Positions 1 through 10,611 of a stretch of 45,029 nt of DNA are shown here, piece by piece. Numbering within the stretch: position 1 is the stretch's first letter; each line of letters starts with the position of its first letter. The stretch spans positions 1 through 45,029 of the forward strand of contig CAIMBM010000170.1 in assembly GCA_903839205.1 (NCBI GenBank), given 5' to 3'. A program made the translations under genes and the position numbers. Below the pieces are notes generated by a model, which made no database searches, was not told the origin of the DNA, and saw nothing but the letters and a program-made list of their open reading frames with translations. Origin of the DNA: an uncultured Holophagaceae bacterium. GTDB lineage: Bacteria > Acidobacteriota > Holophagae > Holophagales > Holophagaceae.

Positions 1-2
1 AC

Positions 3-635
3 CTCATCACGGGCATCTACACCCCCACCGCCGGGAAGATCCTCTTCAATGGCGAAGAGATCAACGGGCTGAAGCCTTTCCGCATCGTCCACAAGGGCAT
101 CGCCCGCACCTTCCAGAACCTCCGGATCTTCAACAACCTCACGGTCATCGACAACATCCGGGTGGCCCGCCACTTCACCACGAAGTCCGGCGTCTTCCAG
201 ACCTTCCTGCGCCTTCCCAGCTTCCGCGAGGAGGAGGCCAAGGTCCGCGAGGAGGCCATGGGCCTCATCGACCTGATGAACCTCTCCCACCGCGCCACGG
301 AGCTGGCCAAGAACCTGCCCTACGGGGAGCTGCGCCGGCTGGAGATCGCCCGGGCCCTGGCCACCAAGCCCAAGCTCATCCTGCTGGATGAGCCCGCCGC
401 CGGCATGAACCCCAAGGAGACCGAGGACCTCATGAAGCTCATCCTGCGCGTGCGGGACGAGTTCAAGGTCACGATCTTCCTCATCGAACACCACATGAAA
501 TTCGTGACGGGCATCTGCGAGCGCGTGAAGGTGATCGATTTCGGGACCACCATCGCCGAAGGCCGCCCGGAGGATGTCGTCAAGGAGCCCAAGGTCCTGG
601 AGGCCTATCTCGGACGGAAGGCGGTCGTATGCTGA
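3..635 (+). CDS. livG: Branched-chain amino acid ABC transporter ATP-binding protein (LivG-like), 5'-truncated by the window edge
   Basis: Frame open from nt 3 (LITGIYTPTAGKI...IARTFQNLRIF); LPYGELRRLEIARAL signature, LLDEPAAG Walker B, IEHHM H-loop, C-terminal EAYLG. Confidence 0.9.
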   Translation, partial: LITGIYTPTAGKILFNGEEINGLKPFRIVHKGIARTFQNLRIFNNLTVIDNIRVARHFTTKSGVFQTFLRLPSFREEEAKVREEAMGLIDLMNLSHRATELAKNLPYGELRRLEIARALATKPKLILLDEPAAGMNPKETEDLMKLILRVRDEFKVTIFLIEHHMKFVTGICERVKVIDFGTTIAEGRPEDVVKEPKVLEAYLGRKAVVC

Positions 636-1333
636 GCGTCAAGAACCTCAAAGTCACCTACGGCAACATCGCCGCCATCTCGGATGTGTCCTTCGAAGTG
701 CCCGAGGGCAAGATCGTGAGCCTCATCGGGGCGAATGGGGCCGGGAAGACCACCACCCTGCGGGCGGTCAGTGGCCTCGTGGCCCCCTCGGGCGGGACGG
801 TGACCTTCAAGGGCCAGGACATCACCAGCACCCCGGCCCACAAGCTGGTGGGCATGGGCATCTCCCACGTGCCCGAGGGCCGGCGGATCTTCCCGGTCCT
901 CACCGTGAAGGAGAACCTCGAACTGGCCGCCTGGACCCTCAAGGACAAGGCGGAGGTGAGTCGCCGCATGGAGGAAGTCTTCGAGATGTTCCCCCGCATC
1001 AAGGACCGCATCGCACAGCTGGGGGGGACCCTTTCCGGCGGCGAGCAGCAGATGCTTGCGGTGGCCCGCGCCATGATCACGGGAGGGGACATCCTGCTCC
1101 TGGACGAGCCCAGCATGGGACTCGCCCCGGTCCTGGTGGACGAGATCTTCGACAAGATCGTGGCCATCAACAAGCGGGGCACGACGGTCCTCCTGGTGGA
1201 GCAGAATGCCTTCGAGGCCCTGGAGATCTCCGATTTCGCCTATGTCCTGGAAGTGGGCTACAGCACCATTTCCGGTCCCTCCAAGGAGATCGCGGCGGAT
1301 CCACGGGTCCGTGAGGCCTATCTGGGCGTCTGA
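629..1333 (+). CDS. livF: Branched-chain amino acid ABC transporter ATP-binding protein (LivF-like)
   Basis: GANGAGKTT Walker A, VPEGRRIF, LSGGEQQM, LLDEPSMGLAP, VEQNA; start overlaps the end of livG. Confidence 0.92.
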   Translation: MLSVKNLKVTYGNIAAISDVSFEVPEGKIVSLIGANGAGKTTTLRAVSGLVAPSGGTVTFKGQDITSTPAHKLVGMGISHVPEGRRIFPVLTVKENLELAAWTLKDKAEVSRRMEEVFEMFPRIKDRIAQLGGTLSGGEQQMLAVARAMITGGDILLLDEPSMGLAPVLVDEIFDKIVAINKRGTTVLLVEQNAFEALEISDFAYVLEVGYSTISGPSKEIAADPRVREAYLGV

Positions 1334-1419
1334 GCCGGCCCCATCCACGTTGCCGAAGGCGGCCCCCGCTTCTTGAAAGGGGAGGCCGCTCCTATCCTGG
1401 GTGAAGCCCGGAGCCCCGC

Positions 1420-2142
1420 ATGCCGCACGCCCCCCACCCCCGTCGCCGCTTCGAGATCTGGGTCGGCGCGCGGGACTCCCTGCCGATGCTGCTGGGCGCC
1501 GCCCCCTTCGGCATCATCTTCGGCACCCTGGCCGTCCCCAGTGGACTCTCAGCCCTGGGTGCCCTGGCCATGTCCCTGTTCGTCTTCGCCGGGTCCTCGC
1601 AGTTCATCGCCCTCAACCTGCTGGCGGGCGGGGCGGCCCTGCCGGTCATCCTGCTCACCACCTTCGTGGTCAACCTGCGCCATGCCCTCTATTCGGCCAC
1701 CCTGCTGCCCCACGTGGCGGGTCTCCGGCAGCGGTGGCGGATCCCGCTGGCCTTCTGGCTCACGGACGAGACCTTTGCCGTGGTGCAGCTGCGCTATGCC
1801 GCTCCCGACCTCTCCCCCCACAAGCACTGGTACTACCTGGGATCCTGCCTGGCCATGTACGGCAACTGGTTCCTCTGCACCCTGGTCGGGGTGGTGCTCG
1901 GGCGCTCCATCCCGGGGCTGGAGCACCTGGGCCTGGAGTTCGCCATGGCGGCCACCTTCACCGGCATCGTGGTGCCGATGCTCAGGAACCTGCCGATGCT
2001 CGGAGCCGCGCTGGCGGCGGCGGCCGTGGCCCTGGCCGCCCGCGGGCTTCCCTACAAGCTGGGCCTCGTGCTGGCGGCGCTGGCCGGGGTCGTGGTGGGC
2101 GTGGTCCTGGAAGAGCTGAGGGAGGCCCATGCGCGGCCATGA
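1420..2142 (+). CDS. azlC: AzlC family branched-chain amino acid exporter, large subunit
   Basis: [22 protein letters not shown] motifs; multi-TM; GGAG upstream. Confidence 0.9.
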   Translation: MPHAPHPRRRFEIWVGARDSLPMLLGAAPFGIIFGTLAVPSGLSALGALAMSLFVFAGSSQFIALNLLAGGAALPVILLTTFVVNLRHALYSATLLPHVAGLRQRWRIPLAFWLTDETFAVVQLRYAAPDLSPHKHWYYLGSCLAMYGNWFLCTLVGVVLGRSIPGLEHLGLEFAMAATFTGIVVPMLRNLPMLGAALAAAAVALAARGLPYKLGLVLAALAGVVVGVVLEELREAHARP

Positions 2143-2458
2143 AGTGGCGCTGATCGCCGGCATGACGGCCGTGACCTTCCTGGTCCGGTACGCGTTCTTC
2201 GCCCTGGGCGACCGGCTCGCCTTCCCGCCCCTGGCCCACCGGGCCCTGCGCTACGTGCCGGTGGCCGTGCTCACCGCCATCGTCGCGCCCATGGTCCTGC
2301 TCCCGGATGGCGCCCACTGGCAGCTCGACTGGCACAATGCCTGGCTGCTGGGGGCGCTGGTCACCGGACTGATCGCCTGGCGCTTCAACCACCTGCTGGC
2401 CTCCATCACGGGAGGCCTGCTGGTGTTCTTCCTCTACCGCTGGGTGGTCGGAGGCTAG
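2129..2458 (+). CDS. azlD: AzlD family exporter, small subunit
   Basis: 109 aa hydrophobic, TFLVR..F and [15 protein letters not shown]; overlaps azlC. Confidence 0.88.
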   Translation: MRGHEVALIAGMTAVTFLVRYAFFALGDRLAFPPLAHRALRYVPVAVLTAIVAPMVLLPDGAHWQLDWHNAWLLGALVTGLIAWRFNHLLASITGGLLVFFLYRWVVGG

Positions 2459-3165
2459 GCCCCCAGGTAGGCCTTGCGGACCATGTCGTTGGCCTTGAGG
2501 TTCGGACCGGTGTCGGTGAGGACGATCTGCCCAGTCTGCAGGACGTACCCGCGATGGGCGATGGACAGGGCCATCAGGGCGTTCTGCTCCACCAGGAGGA
2601 TGGTGGTGCCCCGGGCGTTCAGCTCCCGGATGATGTCGAAGATCTGGTCCACCAGGACCGGAGCAAGCCCCATGGAGGGCTCGTCCATGAGCAGGATCTT
2701 GGGGTTGGACATGAGCCCCCGGGCGGTGGCGAGCATCTGCTGCTCGCCCCCGGACAGGGTGCCGCCCTTCTGCTGGGCCCGCTCCTTCAGCCGAGGGAAC
2801 AGGGTGAAGGCATTCTCCAGGTTCTCCTCGATCTGCTTCTTGTCATCCAGGATGTAGGCGCCCATCTCCAGGTTCTCGGTCACCGTCAGGTTGGGGAACA
2901 CGCCCCGCCCCTCGGGAACCAACCCCAGACCCTGGTGGTGAACGATGTGCGGGGGGAGATGGTGGATCTCCTTGCCTTCCAGGGTCACCGATCCACTGCG
3001 GGGGTGTAGCAGTCCCGAGATGGAGCGGAGGGTGGTGGTCTTGCCTGCCCCGTTGGCGCCGATGAGGGCGACGATCTCGCCCTCTTCGACCTTGAGCGAG
3101 ACCCCCATCAGTGCATGGATGTTGCCGTAGTAGGAGTGGACGTCTTTCAGTTCGAGAAGGCTCAT
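2455..3165 (-). CDS. livF: Branched-chain amino acid ABC transporter ATP-binding protein (LivF-like), second copy
   Basis: GANGAGKTT, LSGGEQQM, MDEPSMGLAP, KAYLG; GAGGAGG RBS. Confidence 0.92.
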   Translation of the reverse strand: MSLLELKDVHSYYGNIHALMGVSLKVEEGEIVALIGANGAGKTTTLRSISGLLHPRSGSVTLEGKEIHHLPPHIVHHQGLGLVPEGRGVFPNLTVTENLEMGAYILDDKKQIEENLENAFTLFPRLKERAQQKGGTLSGGEQQMLATARGLMSNPKILLMDEPSMGLAPVLVDQIFDIIRELNARGTTILLVEQNALMALSIAHRGYVLQTGQIVLTDTGPNLKANDMVRKAYLGA

Positions 3166-3175
3166 GGGTTCCTCC

Positions 3176-3970
<795 letters not shown>

Positions 3971-3971
3971 G

Positions 3972-5339
3972 CTAAACCCCTTTCTCGTCGAGGTCATTGC
4001 CTTCAGGGGCGCCTCCCAGTTCGCGCTTCCTCCGCGCGGCGGGGAGAAGCCCGGCGGGGCGGTAGATCATCATGATGACCAGGACGATCCCGAAGATCAG
4101 ACGCTGGTACTTGGTCGGATCCAGCTGGTTGGAGAGGTTCTTCCAGTGGAAGCCGAGGAGCACCGCGTCGCTCTGCCGCAGTTGGGACAGGTAGAGGGAG
4201 AAGCTCTGGAGCACCTGGATGTTCAGCAGGGTGACCACAGTGGCGCCGACCACCACGCCGGTGATGCTACCGATCCCGCCCAGGATGACCATGGTGAGCA
4301 CCCCCACGGACTGCAGGAAGGTGAAGGTCTCCGGGCTCACGAAGGTGCGGCTCGCGGCAAAGAGCACGCCCATGGCCCCCGCGAAGGAGGCGCCCACGGC
4401 AAAGGCGCCGAGCTTCAGCTTGTTGGCGTTGATGCCCATGGCGCCGGCCGAGAGCTCATCCTCCCGGATCGCGGTCCAGGCCCGGCCCACCTTGGAATCG
4501 TCCAGGCGGTAGGTGATCACGATGACCGCGACCACCACCAGCAGGGCGATCAGATAGAACAGGATGTTGTAGGCCTGGTTGTCCGTGACCCGATGACCGA
4601 CCACGGGCTGGATGACCTGGTTGAACAGCTTCAGCACCCCCTCCGGCATGGTAGGCCGCTGGATGGGGGTGATGCCCTGGGGTCCGTTGGTGAAGTTCAG
4701 GGGCTTGTCCAGGTTGTTGGCCAGCTGGCGCACGATCTCGCCGAAGGCCAGGGTGATGACCGCCAGGTAGTCCCCCCGGACCCGGAGCACCGGCAGGCCC
4801 AGGATCAGGCCCAGGATGGCGGCGACGATCACGCCCAGGAAGATGAACAGGTAGAAGTAGTCCGGGGCCAGGAAGAAGGGGGTGTTCAGGGCCTTGGTGG
4901 TGACCGTGGAGTGGAGCAGGTAGGGCTGCTGGGACCCGAAGAAGGCCCAGAGGTAGGCGCCCACCGCGTAGAAGGCCATGTAGCCGAAGTTGAGCAGACC
5001 CGAAAAACCCACCACGATGTTGAGGCCCAGGGCCAGGGCGGAGAACACGGCGATCTGGAAGATGACTTCCAGATAGAACACGTTCCGGGCCCCCAGGATG
5101 GGCACCAGGACCACGGCGAGGAAGACCGCCAGACCCAGTTGGACGGCCCGGTTCATCTTGAGCCAGTAGATCGAACTGGCCGCGAACCCGAACACCAGGA
5201 AGCCGGGGATGGAGCGGGGGCTCAGGTAGACCAGGGCGAAGCCCAGGATGATGAGACCGATGCTCGCGAAGTAGGGCGTGCGGCCCCGATTGAGGAGGAC
5301 CAGCAGGTCCTGGAAGCGGCTCTTGAGGGATTCTTTCAT
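3972..5339 (-). CDS. livM: Branched-chain amino acid ABC transporter permease (LivM-like)
   Basis: GLNIVVGFSGLLNFG, LRVRGDYLAVITLAFGEI, GRAWTAIREDE, ILGGIGS; AGGAGG RBS before ATG 5339. Confidence 0.9.
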   Translation of the reverse strand: MKESLKSRFQDLLVLLNRGRTPYFASIGLIILGFALVYLSPRSIPGFLVFGFAASSIYWLKMNRAVQLGLAVFLAVVLVPILGARNVFYLEVIFQIAVFSALALGLNIVVGFSGLLNFGYMAFYAVGAYLWAFFGSQQPYLLHSTVTTKALNTPFFLAPDYFYLFIFLGVIVAAILGLILGLPVLRVRGDYLAVITLAFGEIVRQLANNLDKPLNFTNGPQGITPIQRPTMPEGVLKLFNQVIQPVVGHRVTDNQAYNILFYLIALLVVVAVIVITYRLDDSKVGRAWTAIREDELSAGAMGINANKLKLGAFAVGASFAGAMGVLFAASRTFVSPETFTFLQSVGVLTMVILGGIGSITGVVVGATVVTLLNIQVLQSFSLYLSQLRQSDAVLLGFHWKNLSNQLDPTKYQRLIFGIVLVIMMIYRPAGLLPAARRKRELGGAPEGNDLDEKGV

Positions 5340-5349
5340 GGGAATCCTC

Positions 5350-6513
5350 CTACGCCTTCTGCGAGACTTGCTCGCCCAGCAGGCCATTGGGCCGGAACAC
5401 GATCACCAGGATGAGGATGAGGAAGGCCACCATGTCCTTGTACTCGGCGCCGAAGGAGCCCATCGTGTAGGTGCCGAGGTAGGCCCCGGCGAAGCTCTCG
5501 ATCATCCCGAGCACCATTCCGCCCAGCAGGGCGCCGGTCAGGTTCCCGATGCCTCCCAGCACGGCGGCGGCGAAGGCCTTGATGCCCGGCATGAACCCGA
5601 CAAAGGGATCGATGCGGGTGAACTTGAGGGCGTAGAGGACCCCGGCGGCGCCACCCAGGGAGCCCCCCACCAGGAAGGTGAGCGAGATCATGGCGTTGAC
5701 GTTGATGCCCATGAGGGCGGCGGTGTTCTTGTCCTGGGACACGGCCCGGATGGCCTTGCCGACCTTGGTGGAGCCCACCAGGTAGTTCAGCGCCACCAGC
5801 ATGACCACCGCGGCCAGGATGACCACCACGGACTTGACCTGGATGTCGATGATCTTGGAGCCGATCCGGAAGAGGGTGATGCGCTCGTCGAAATTGCCGA
5901 AGGTGGGGATCACCCGGTAGAACTGGCCGCTGGTCATGCTTTCGACCAGCCGGATGATGTCCTGCAGGGCGAAGGACACGCCGATGGCCGAGATGAGCGC
6001 GATCAGGGTGGGGGAGCTGCGCAGGGGCCGGTAGGCCACCCGCTCGACGAGGACGGCCATGCCGCCCGAGGCGGCCATGCCGATGACCAGGGCGAGCCCC
6101 AGGTAGAGGAAGGACCCCATGGCTGAGGCTTTCGCCAGGACCCCGAGCCCGTTGAGGGCGATGAGCGACTCGACGCCGCAGAAGGCCCCGATGGCGAAGA
6201 TCTCGCTGTGGGCGAAGTTGATGAACTGGAGGACGCCATAGACCATGGTGTAGCCCAGGGCGATGGCGGCATAGACGAAGCCGATGGTGACGCCGTCGAT
6301 GAGCACCTGGGGCAGGCTGTTCAAGGTGTAGGTCAGGATGCCCACGCCCTGGGTGGCCTGAAGGACCTGGTCGGCTCCGGAACCCCGGAAGAGCAAGGCG
6401 AGGACCAGCATCACCGCTGAGCAGAGCAACCCTGCGCCCGTCACGAATATCGCCATCTGGCCGATCGGCATCAATATTTGGCGGAGGTTTACCGATCCCA
6501 TGAAATGACGCAT
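5350..6513 (-). CDS. livH: Branched-chain amino acid ABC transporter permease (LivH-like) with N-terminal extension
   Basis: ALGYTMVYGVLQFINFAHSE, ERVAYRPLR, GKAIRAVSQD, KAFAAAVLGGIG, FRPNGLLG; AGGAG RBS before ATG 6513. Confidence 0.88.
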   Translation of the reverse strand: MRHFMGSVNLRQILMPIGQMAIFVTGAGLLCSAVMLVLALLFRGSGADQVLQATQGVGILTYTLNSLPQVLIDGVTIGFVYAAIALGYTMVYGVLQFINFAHSEIFAIGAFCGVESLIALNGLGVLAKASAMGSFLYLGLALVIGMAASGGMAVLVERVAYRPLRSSPTLIALISAIGVSFALQDIIRLVESMTSGQFYRVIPTFGNFDERITLFRIGSKIIDIQVKSVVVILAAVVMLVALNYLVGSTKVGKAIRAVSQDKNTAALMGINVNAMISLTFLVGGSLGGAAGVLYALKFTRIDPFVGFMPGIKAFAAAVLGGIGNLTGALLGGMVLGMIESFAGAYLGTYTMGSFGAEYKDMVAFLILILVIVFRPNGLLGEQVSQKA

Positions 6514-6524
6514 AGGGTCTCCTG

Positions 6525-6558
6525 AAAACCCCCCCTCCGGCGAGCCGGAGGGGGGGGG
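6525..6558 (-). terminator. Intra-operon GC-rich stem-loop with short U-tract between livK and livH
   Basis: 12-bp perfect stem 6529-6540/6545-6556, 4-nt loop, followed by TTTT on the minus strand. Confidence 0.7.
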
Positions 6559-6574
6559 CGTTATATCCGACAGT

Positions 6575-7765
6575 CTACTTAGGAGGAGCGATGCTGAGGG
6601 TCTGGTCGATCTTGTTCGTGGCCCACGAGGCGGGATCCGGGGACGTGACCTGGATGACGAAATACTTGCCCGTGGTCGGGTCGCCCTTGGCATTGAAGGT
6701 GTAGGTGCCGGTGACGCCCTTGAAGTTCTGGAGGGCGCGCACGGCCTTGCCCACGTCGGCGCGGGCGGGCAGCTTGCCGCCATTGGCCGTGATGGCATTC
6801 TCGATGGCCTTCAGGAGGATGGCCGTGCAGTCGTAGGACTGGGCCGCGAAGGGCTGGGGATTGTTGTTGAACTTGGCCTTGAAGTCGGTCACGAACTTGG
6901 CGGCGTCGGGATAGACGCTGGCCGGCCCGGACACGGTGGAGAAGTAGGTGCCGGCACCCTGCATCAGCGCGTCCCCGGCGATCTTGGCGGCATCGGGGGA
7001 ATCGAAGCCGTCATCGGACAGGCACATGCCCTTGAAGCCCTTCTGGCGGGCCTGCTTGTAGAGCACGGCCGCCTGGTCGAACATGCCGCCGAAGTAGATG
7101 CACTCGGGCTTGGCCGCGATGATGGGGGAGAGGATGGCGTCGAAATTGGCCTTTTCTTCGGTCCCGGCGAAGCCCACCACCTTCATGCCCTGGGTCTCGG
7201 CCTCCTTCTTGAAGTATTCGGCGATGCCCTGGCCGTAGGCGGTCTTGTCATGCAGCACATAGGCGGTCTTGATGCCCTTGCTCTTGGCGAACTGGGCACC
7301 CACCGCACCCTGCACGTCGTCGCGGCCGCAGACGCGGTTGATCTCGGCGTAGCCGCGCTCGGTCACCTTGGGGTTGGTGTTGGCGGGGGACACATTGCAG
7401 AGGTTGGCGGCGTGGTATTCCTCGGAGGAGGGGATCCGGACGCCGGAGTTGTAGTGGCCCACGACGCCGAGCACGGCCGGGTCGGAGACGATGTTCTTGG
7501 CGTTGGCCACGCCGGTGTCCGGGTTGCCCTGGTCATCAAAGGGGGCGAGTTCGACCTTGTAGCCCATCTTGGTGAGGGGGCCGCCCAGCTGGTCGATGGC
7601 GAGCTGGGTGCCGCTCTTGATGTCGCTGCCGATGACCGACATGGCGCCGGACAGCGGACTCTGGGTGGCGATCTTGATGGTCTTGTTTTCCTTGTCGCAA
7701 CCTGCCGCCAGCAGGAGGACAAGCGTCGCAAGGGTCGGCGCGAAGAGGGAAAGAGGTTTACGCAT
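6575..7765 (-). CDS. livK: Branched-chain amino acid ABC transporter substrate-binding lipoprotein (LivK/LivJ-like)
   Basis: Lipobox LAAGC, IKIATQSPLSG, GVVGHYNSG, RDDVQG, HDKTAYGQG; AGGAGG RBS. Confidence 0.88.
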   Translation of the reverse strand: MRKPLSLFAPTLATLVLLLAAGCDKENKTIKIATQSPLSGAMSVIGSDIKSGTQLAIDQLGGPLTKMGYKVELAPFDDQGNPDTGVANAKNIVSDPAVLGVVGHYNSGVRIPSSEEYHAANLCNVSPANTNPKVTERGYAEINRVCGRDDVQGAVGAQFAKSKGIKTAYVLHDKTAYGQGIAEYFKKEAETQGMKVVGFAGTEEKANFDAILSPIIAAKPECIYFGGMFDQAAVLYKQARQKGFKGMCLSDDGFDSPDAAKIAGDALMQGAGTYFSTVSGPASVYPDAAKFVTDFKAKFNNNPQPFAAQSYDCTAILLKAIENAITANGGKLPARADVGKAVRALQNFKGVTGTYTFNAKGDPTTGKYFVIQVTSPDPASWATNKIDQTLSIAPPK

Positions 7766-7928
7766 GGACTTGCCTCCTGAGTGGATTGTGTGGGATGCCA
7801 GCGGCCCGAAGGTTCCGGTGGCGTTGACGAGAAAGTGAGATGTTCAGCTGAATTGAACCCGAAGGGCCTTGCTTATGCGGAAACCATACATGCCGAGAGC
7901 GTCGTAATCGGTTTACTACACACAGCTA

Positions 7929-8507
7929 TCAAGAGAAAGGGATTTGTGACCGGATGACCTGGATTCGGGACAAAAGTACCGGGCGTGGCTTTCCGTACCT
8001 CAGCCATCCGTAGGCGAGGGTTCCGGCCAGGAGCAGCCATCCGACGGGCGATCGGGCCGCGATCCGGAGGTCCTGCCAGGAAGGAACCGCACCAAAGAGC
8101 AGGTTTGCCAGGAAGAACACCGCCCCGCCCTCCCTCCACCCGAGCACGGGATGTCCCCCCAGCCTCCACGCAAACAGGCCGTAGGCTGCGGCCAGCAGCA
8201 GGAGGGGGGCAACCCCGATGAAGAACGTGTTGTACCAGCGAAGATTCGAAAAGGCCACCGAGCCGAGCACCAGGCTTCCCCCCGCGCGCCGGGGAACCAC
8301 GGTGAACCGGACGGGGCGGGCGTTGAGCAGCTTGCCCACCATCCAGTGGCAGAACTCGTGGCAGAGGGTGCCCGGGAGGACCAGCAGCGAGAACAGCCAG
8401 AAGGAGCGCCTGGCCTGGTTCATGAGCCAGAGCATCGCAGCGGTTCCAAGCAGGTAGGCGAGGGACCAGCCAGAAATCCCGGACCCCATTTCCCAGATTC
8501 GATTCAT
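7929..8507 (-). CDS. Membrane protein with HExxH motif (M50-like/putative zincin metalloprotease)
   Basis: PGTLCHEFCHW at the end of a TM helix, later IGVAPL and PSWQD; GGAGG RBS before ATG 8507. Confidence 0.6.
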   Translation of the reverse strand: MNRIWEMGSGISGWSLAYLLGTAAMLWLMNQARRSFWLFSLLVLPGTLCHEFCHWMVGKLLNARPVRFTVVPRRAGGSLVLGSVAFSNLRWYNTFFIGVAPLLLLAAAYGLFAWRLGGHPVLGWREGGAVFFLANLLFGAVPSWQDLRIAARSPVGWLLLAGTLAYGWLRYGKPRPVLLSRIQVIRSQIPFS

Positions 8508-8541
8508 CGGAACGGGACCCTCCCACATCCCTTGGACTGGC

Positions 8542-9321
8542 TCATGAACCTGGCAGGGGGCGCCGGGCCAGCACCACCAGGTCCGATGACGCGGGGGACC
8601 AGGCTTCGCCGGTCATGGAGCCCAGGACTTCAGCGCACAGAAAACCGGCGTCCCGGAGCAGGGCTTCGACCTCGGCCCGGCGCCAGCCCCGAAGGGGAAC
8701 ATCGTGGGCGGCCGACACTTCGAGGGGGGAGGCACTGCCGGGCCGGAAGACCAGATGCGCCGGCGTGAAGGTGATGCGACCCCCGCCGTGATGGGTCATG
8801 AGCCGCAGGAAGACCTTGGTTTCGCCCTCCGCCTCGCCAGGGCGAAGGACCACCGGGAAGGTCCGCTCCCCGCAGTCCAGGATGCGGTCGTAATTGAGCA
8901 ACTGAATGAGGAAGGGCGCTCCCGGGAGGAGGAGGCTGGCCAGGCCGGTGAAGAAGGCGCGGACCTCGGCCTCCTCACAGAGGTGCGGCAGAGTGTTCCC
9001 CAGGCAGATCGCCCCGCCCTGCCCCGCTTCGAGGACCCCCTTCAATTCCGTGAGCCCGGCCAGGAGGTACCGCCCCCCCGGATCGCTCCCCCGGGCGGAA
9101 TCCACCTGGGAGGGCGAAGCATCCACGCCAGTGGCCTCGAAGCCCATGGAATTCAGGAATCGCGTGTGCTCGCCGCTGCCACAGCCCAGGTCGAGCACCC
9201 TGGGAGAGGGCGCCGGCGCCAGGGCGCGCTGGAGGAGCGGCGCCTCCCGCCGGAGGCGCTCGGGCCAGGCGATGAGGTCGCGGTAGGCGATGCGGCCGTA
9301 GGAATCAGGCTGGGGCTCCAC
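8542..9321 (-). CDS. Class I SAM-dependent methyltransferase
   Basis: VLDLGCGSGEH motif I, GVDAS, CLGNTLPHL (seen in glycine/sarcosine N-methyltransferase-like proteins); GTG start 2 nt after the upstream stop. Confidence 0.82.
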   Translation of the reverse strand: MEPQPDSYGRIAYRDLIAWPERLRREAPLLQRALAPAPSPRVLDLGCGSGEHTRFLNSMGFEATGVDASPSQVDSARGSDPGGRYLLAGLTELKGVLEAGQGGAICLGNTLPHLCEEAEVRAFFTGLASLLLPGAPFLIQLLNYDRILDCGERTFPVVLRPGEAEGETKVFLRLMTHHGGGRITFTPAHLVFRPGSASPLEVSAAHDVPLRGWRRAEVEALLRDAGFLCAEVLGSMTGEAWSPASSDLVVLARRPLPGS

Positions 9322-9323
9322 AC

Positions 9324-9890
9324 CTACCTCGGCCACAGCCAGCCGAACACCCCCGCGCTGAGCAGCCCGTAAATGAGGGCATCGGCCAAGTCCTTCAGGG
9401 CGCTGCCCCAGGGCTTGCCCATCCAGATGGCGTTGGGGATGGCGCCAAATCCATAGGCCACGAAGGAGACGGCCCCCGCAACGCGGAAGACCTGAAGGTA
9501 GTGGGTTCCGGGAGCAAGGGTTCGGCTGGTGAGGTAGGCAGCCACGATGGCCACAAGCACCGTGAAGGCGAACCACTTGGCCAGAAAGGCACCCATGGCA
9601 GGGGGGCCGCTGGGCGTGATCACGAGGAAGCCCACCGGACCGTCCTTGTACTTCTGCGCCATCTCCGGCTTCCCCATGTCCTTCATGTCAGCGCAGTGGG
9701 GCAGCACGTACTGACCTGGCGCCGGGGCCCCTTTGCGGACCGCGGCCCGCACCTCCTCCTCGTTGGGCAGCGCGTTGTAGTCCGAGGCGTGCCACTTCAC
9801 CACCATGTGGATGAGGCTGCTGGCCGCGAAGACGCACATCGCGGACAGGAGGATGGGAAGCCAGAGTTGCGTGAGCGTGACGGGGATCAT
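9324..9890 (-). CDS. Integral membrane protein of unknown function (about 4 TM)
   Basis: 188 aa, coding-like codon usage, AAAGGAG RBS, hydrophobic helices. Confidence 0.75.
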   Translation of the reverse strand: MIPVTLTQLWLPILLSAMCVFAASSLIHMVVKWHASDYNALPNEEEVRAAVRKGAPAPGQYVLPHCADMKDMGKPEMAQKYKDGPVGFLVITPSGPPAMGAFLAKWFAFTVLVAIVAAYLTSRTLAPGTHYLQVFRVAGAVSFVAYGFGAIPNAIWMGKPWGSALKDLADALIYGLLSAGVFGWLWPR

Positions 9891-9937
9891 GGCGACTCCT
9901 TTTCAGTAGGGGTTTGGTTCAGGGGCCAGGGTAGGGT

Positions 9938-9961
9938 GGGTTTCCCGATAAACCCGGTCAA
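9938..9961 (-). promoter_or_regulatory. Putative sigma70 -35 (TTGACC) followed by palindrome GGGTTT-N6-AAACCC (candidate operator)
   Basis: Inverted repeat 9938-9943/9950-9955 directly downstream of TTGACC at 9961-9956. Confidence 0.4.
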
Positions 9962-9981
9962 GGGGCCGTGGCAACTCCGGC

Positions 9982-10506
9982 TCAGTCCTTCCTGGGTTTG
10001 CGTGGCCCCGGCGCGGAGCGCTCCCCGGTGGCGGCGTCCACGGCGTCGATCCACCCGGCCCGGCTGCCCGGGAAGGCATCGGCGTAGGGCACGTAGGGCT
10101 TCAGGTCCAGCACCGGCGTGCCGTCCAGCAGGTCCACCCCGCGCAGATGCAGGACACGACCTTCGATGGAGACCAGTTCCACGGCCGATAGGCCGATGGC
10201 ATTGGGACGGTGGGGGGATCGCGTGGCCAGCACCCCCCGTTTGCCGCGGGGTCCCCGCGGCGGCTGAACGCGGGGAGCCCAGCCCTCGCTGCGGTGGAAG
10301 GCGAAGATGAGCCAGATGCGCTGGAAACCCTCCAGGTCCTGCAGGACAGCTTCCGGCAGGGAGGCATCCAGCTCCAGCCTGCCTTCGGCCGGGCCCCCCC
10401 CCGCCGTGCCCTCCACCACCGTGGGCTGGTGGGGGGCGTCGATGCGCCGCGCATAGGGCGTGCGCACGAAGCCGATGGGCTGGTAGGTGAAGCCGGCGAG
10501 GTCCAT
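9982..10506 (-). CDS. trmO: tRNA t6A37 N6-methyltransferase TrmO (TsaA/YaeB family), single-domain form
   Basis: QPIGFVRTPY, GVLATRSPHRPNAIGLS, GVDLLDGTPVLDLKPYVPYAD. Confidence 0.88.
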   Translation of the reverse strand: MDLAGFTYQPIGFVRTPYARRIDAPHQPTVVEGTAGGGPAEGRLELDASLPEAVLQDLEGFQRIWLIFAFHRSEGWAPRVQPPRGPRGKRGVLATRSPHRPNAIGLSAVELVSIEGRVLHLRGVDLLDGTPVLDLKPYVPYADAFPGSRAGWIDAVDAATGERSAPGPRKPRKD

Positions 10507-10611
10507 GGGGGAAGGGTAGCGCCCTGGAGGCGATCCAAGGGATTTCGGCCGCGGGGAATACCGGCCCCAAACCCTTTCCCAAAGGATGGTCCGAACTCCT
10601 ACCATGCGAGC

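Noticed and set aside
7766-7928. Riboswitch or leader peptide upstream of livK (two TTCG-loop hairpins)
   Set aside because: No T-box or known aptamer consensus and no Leu/Ile/Val-rich leader ORF found
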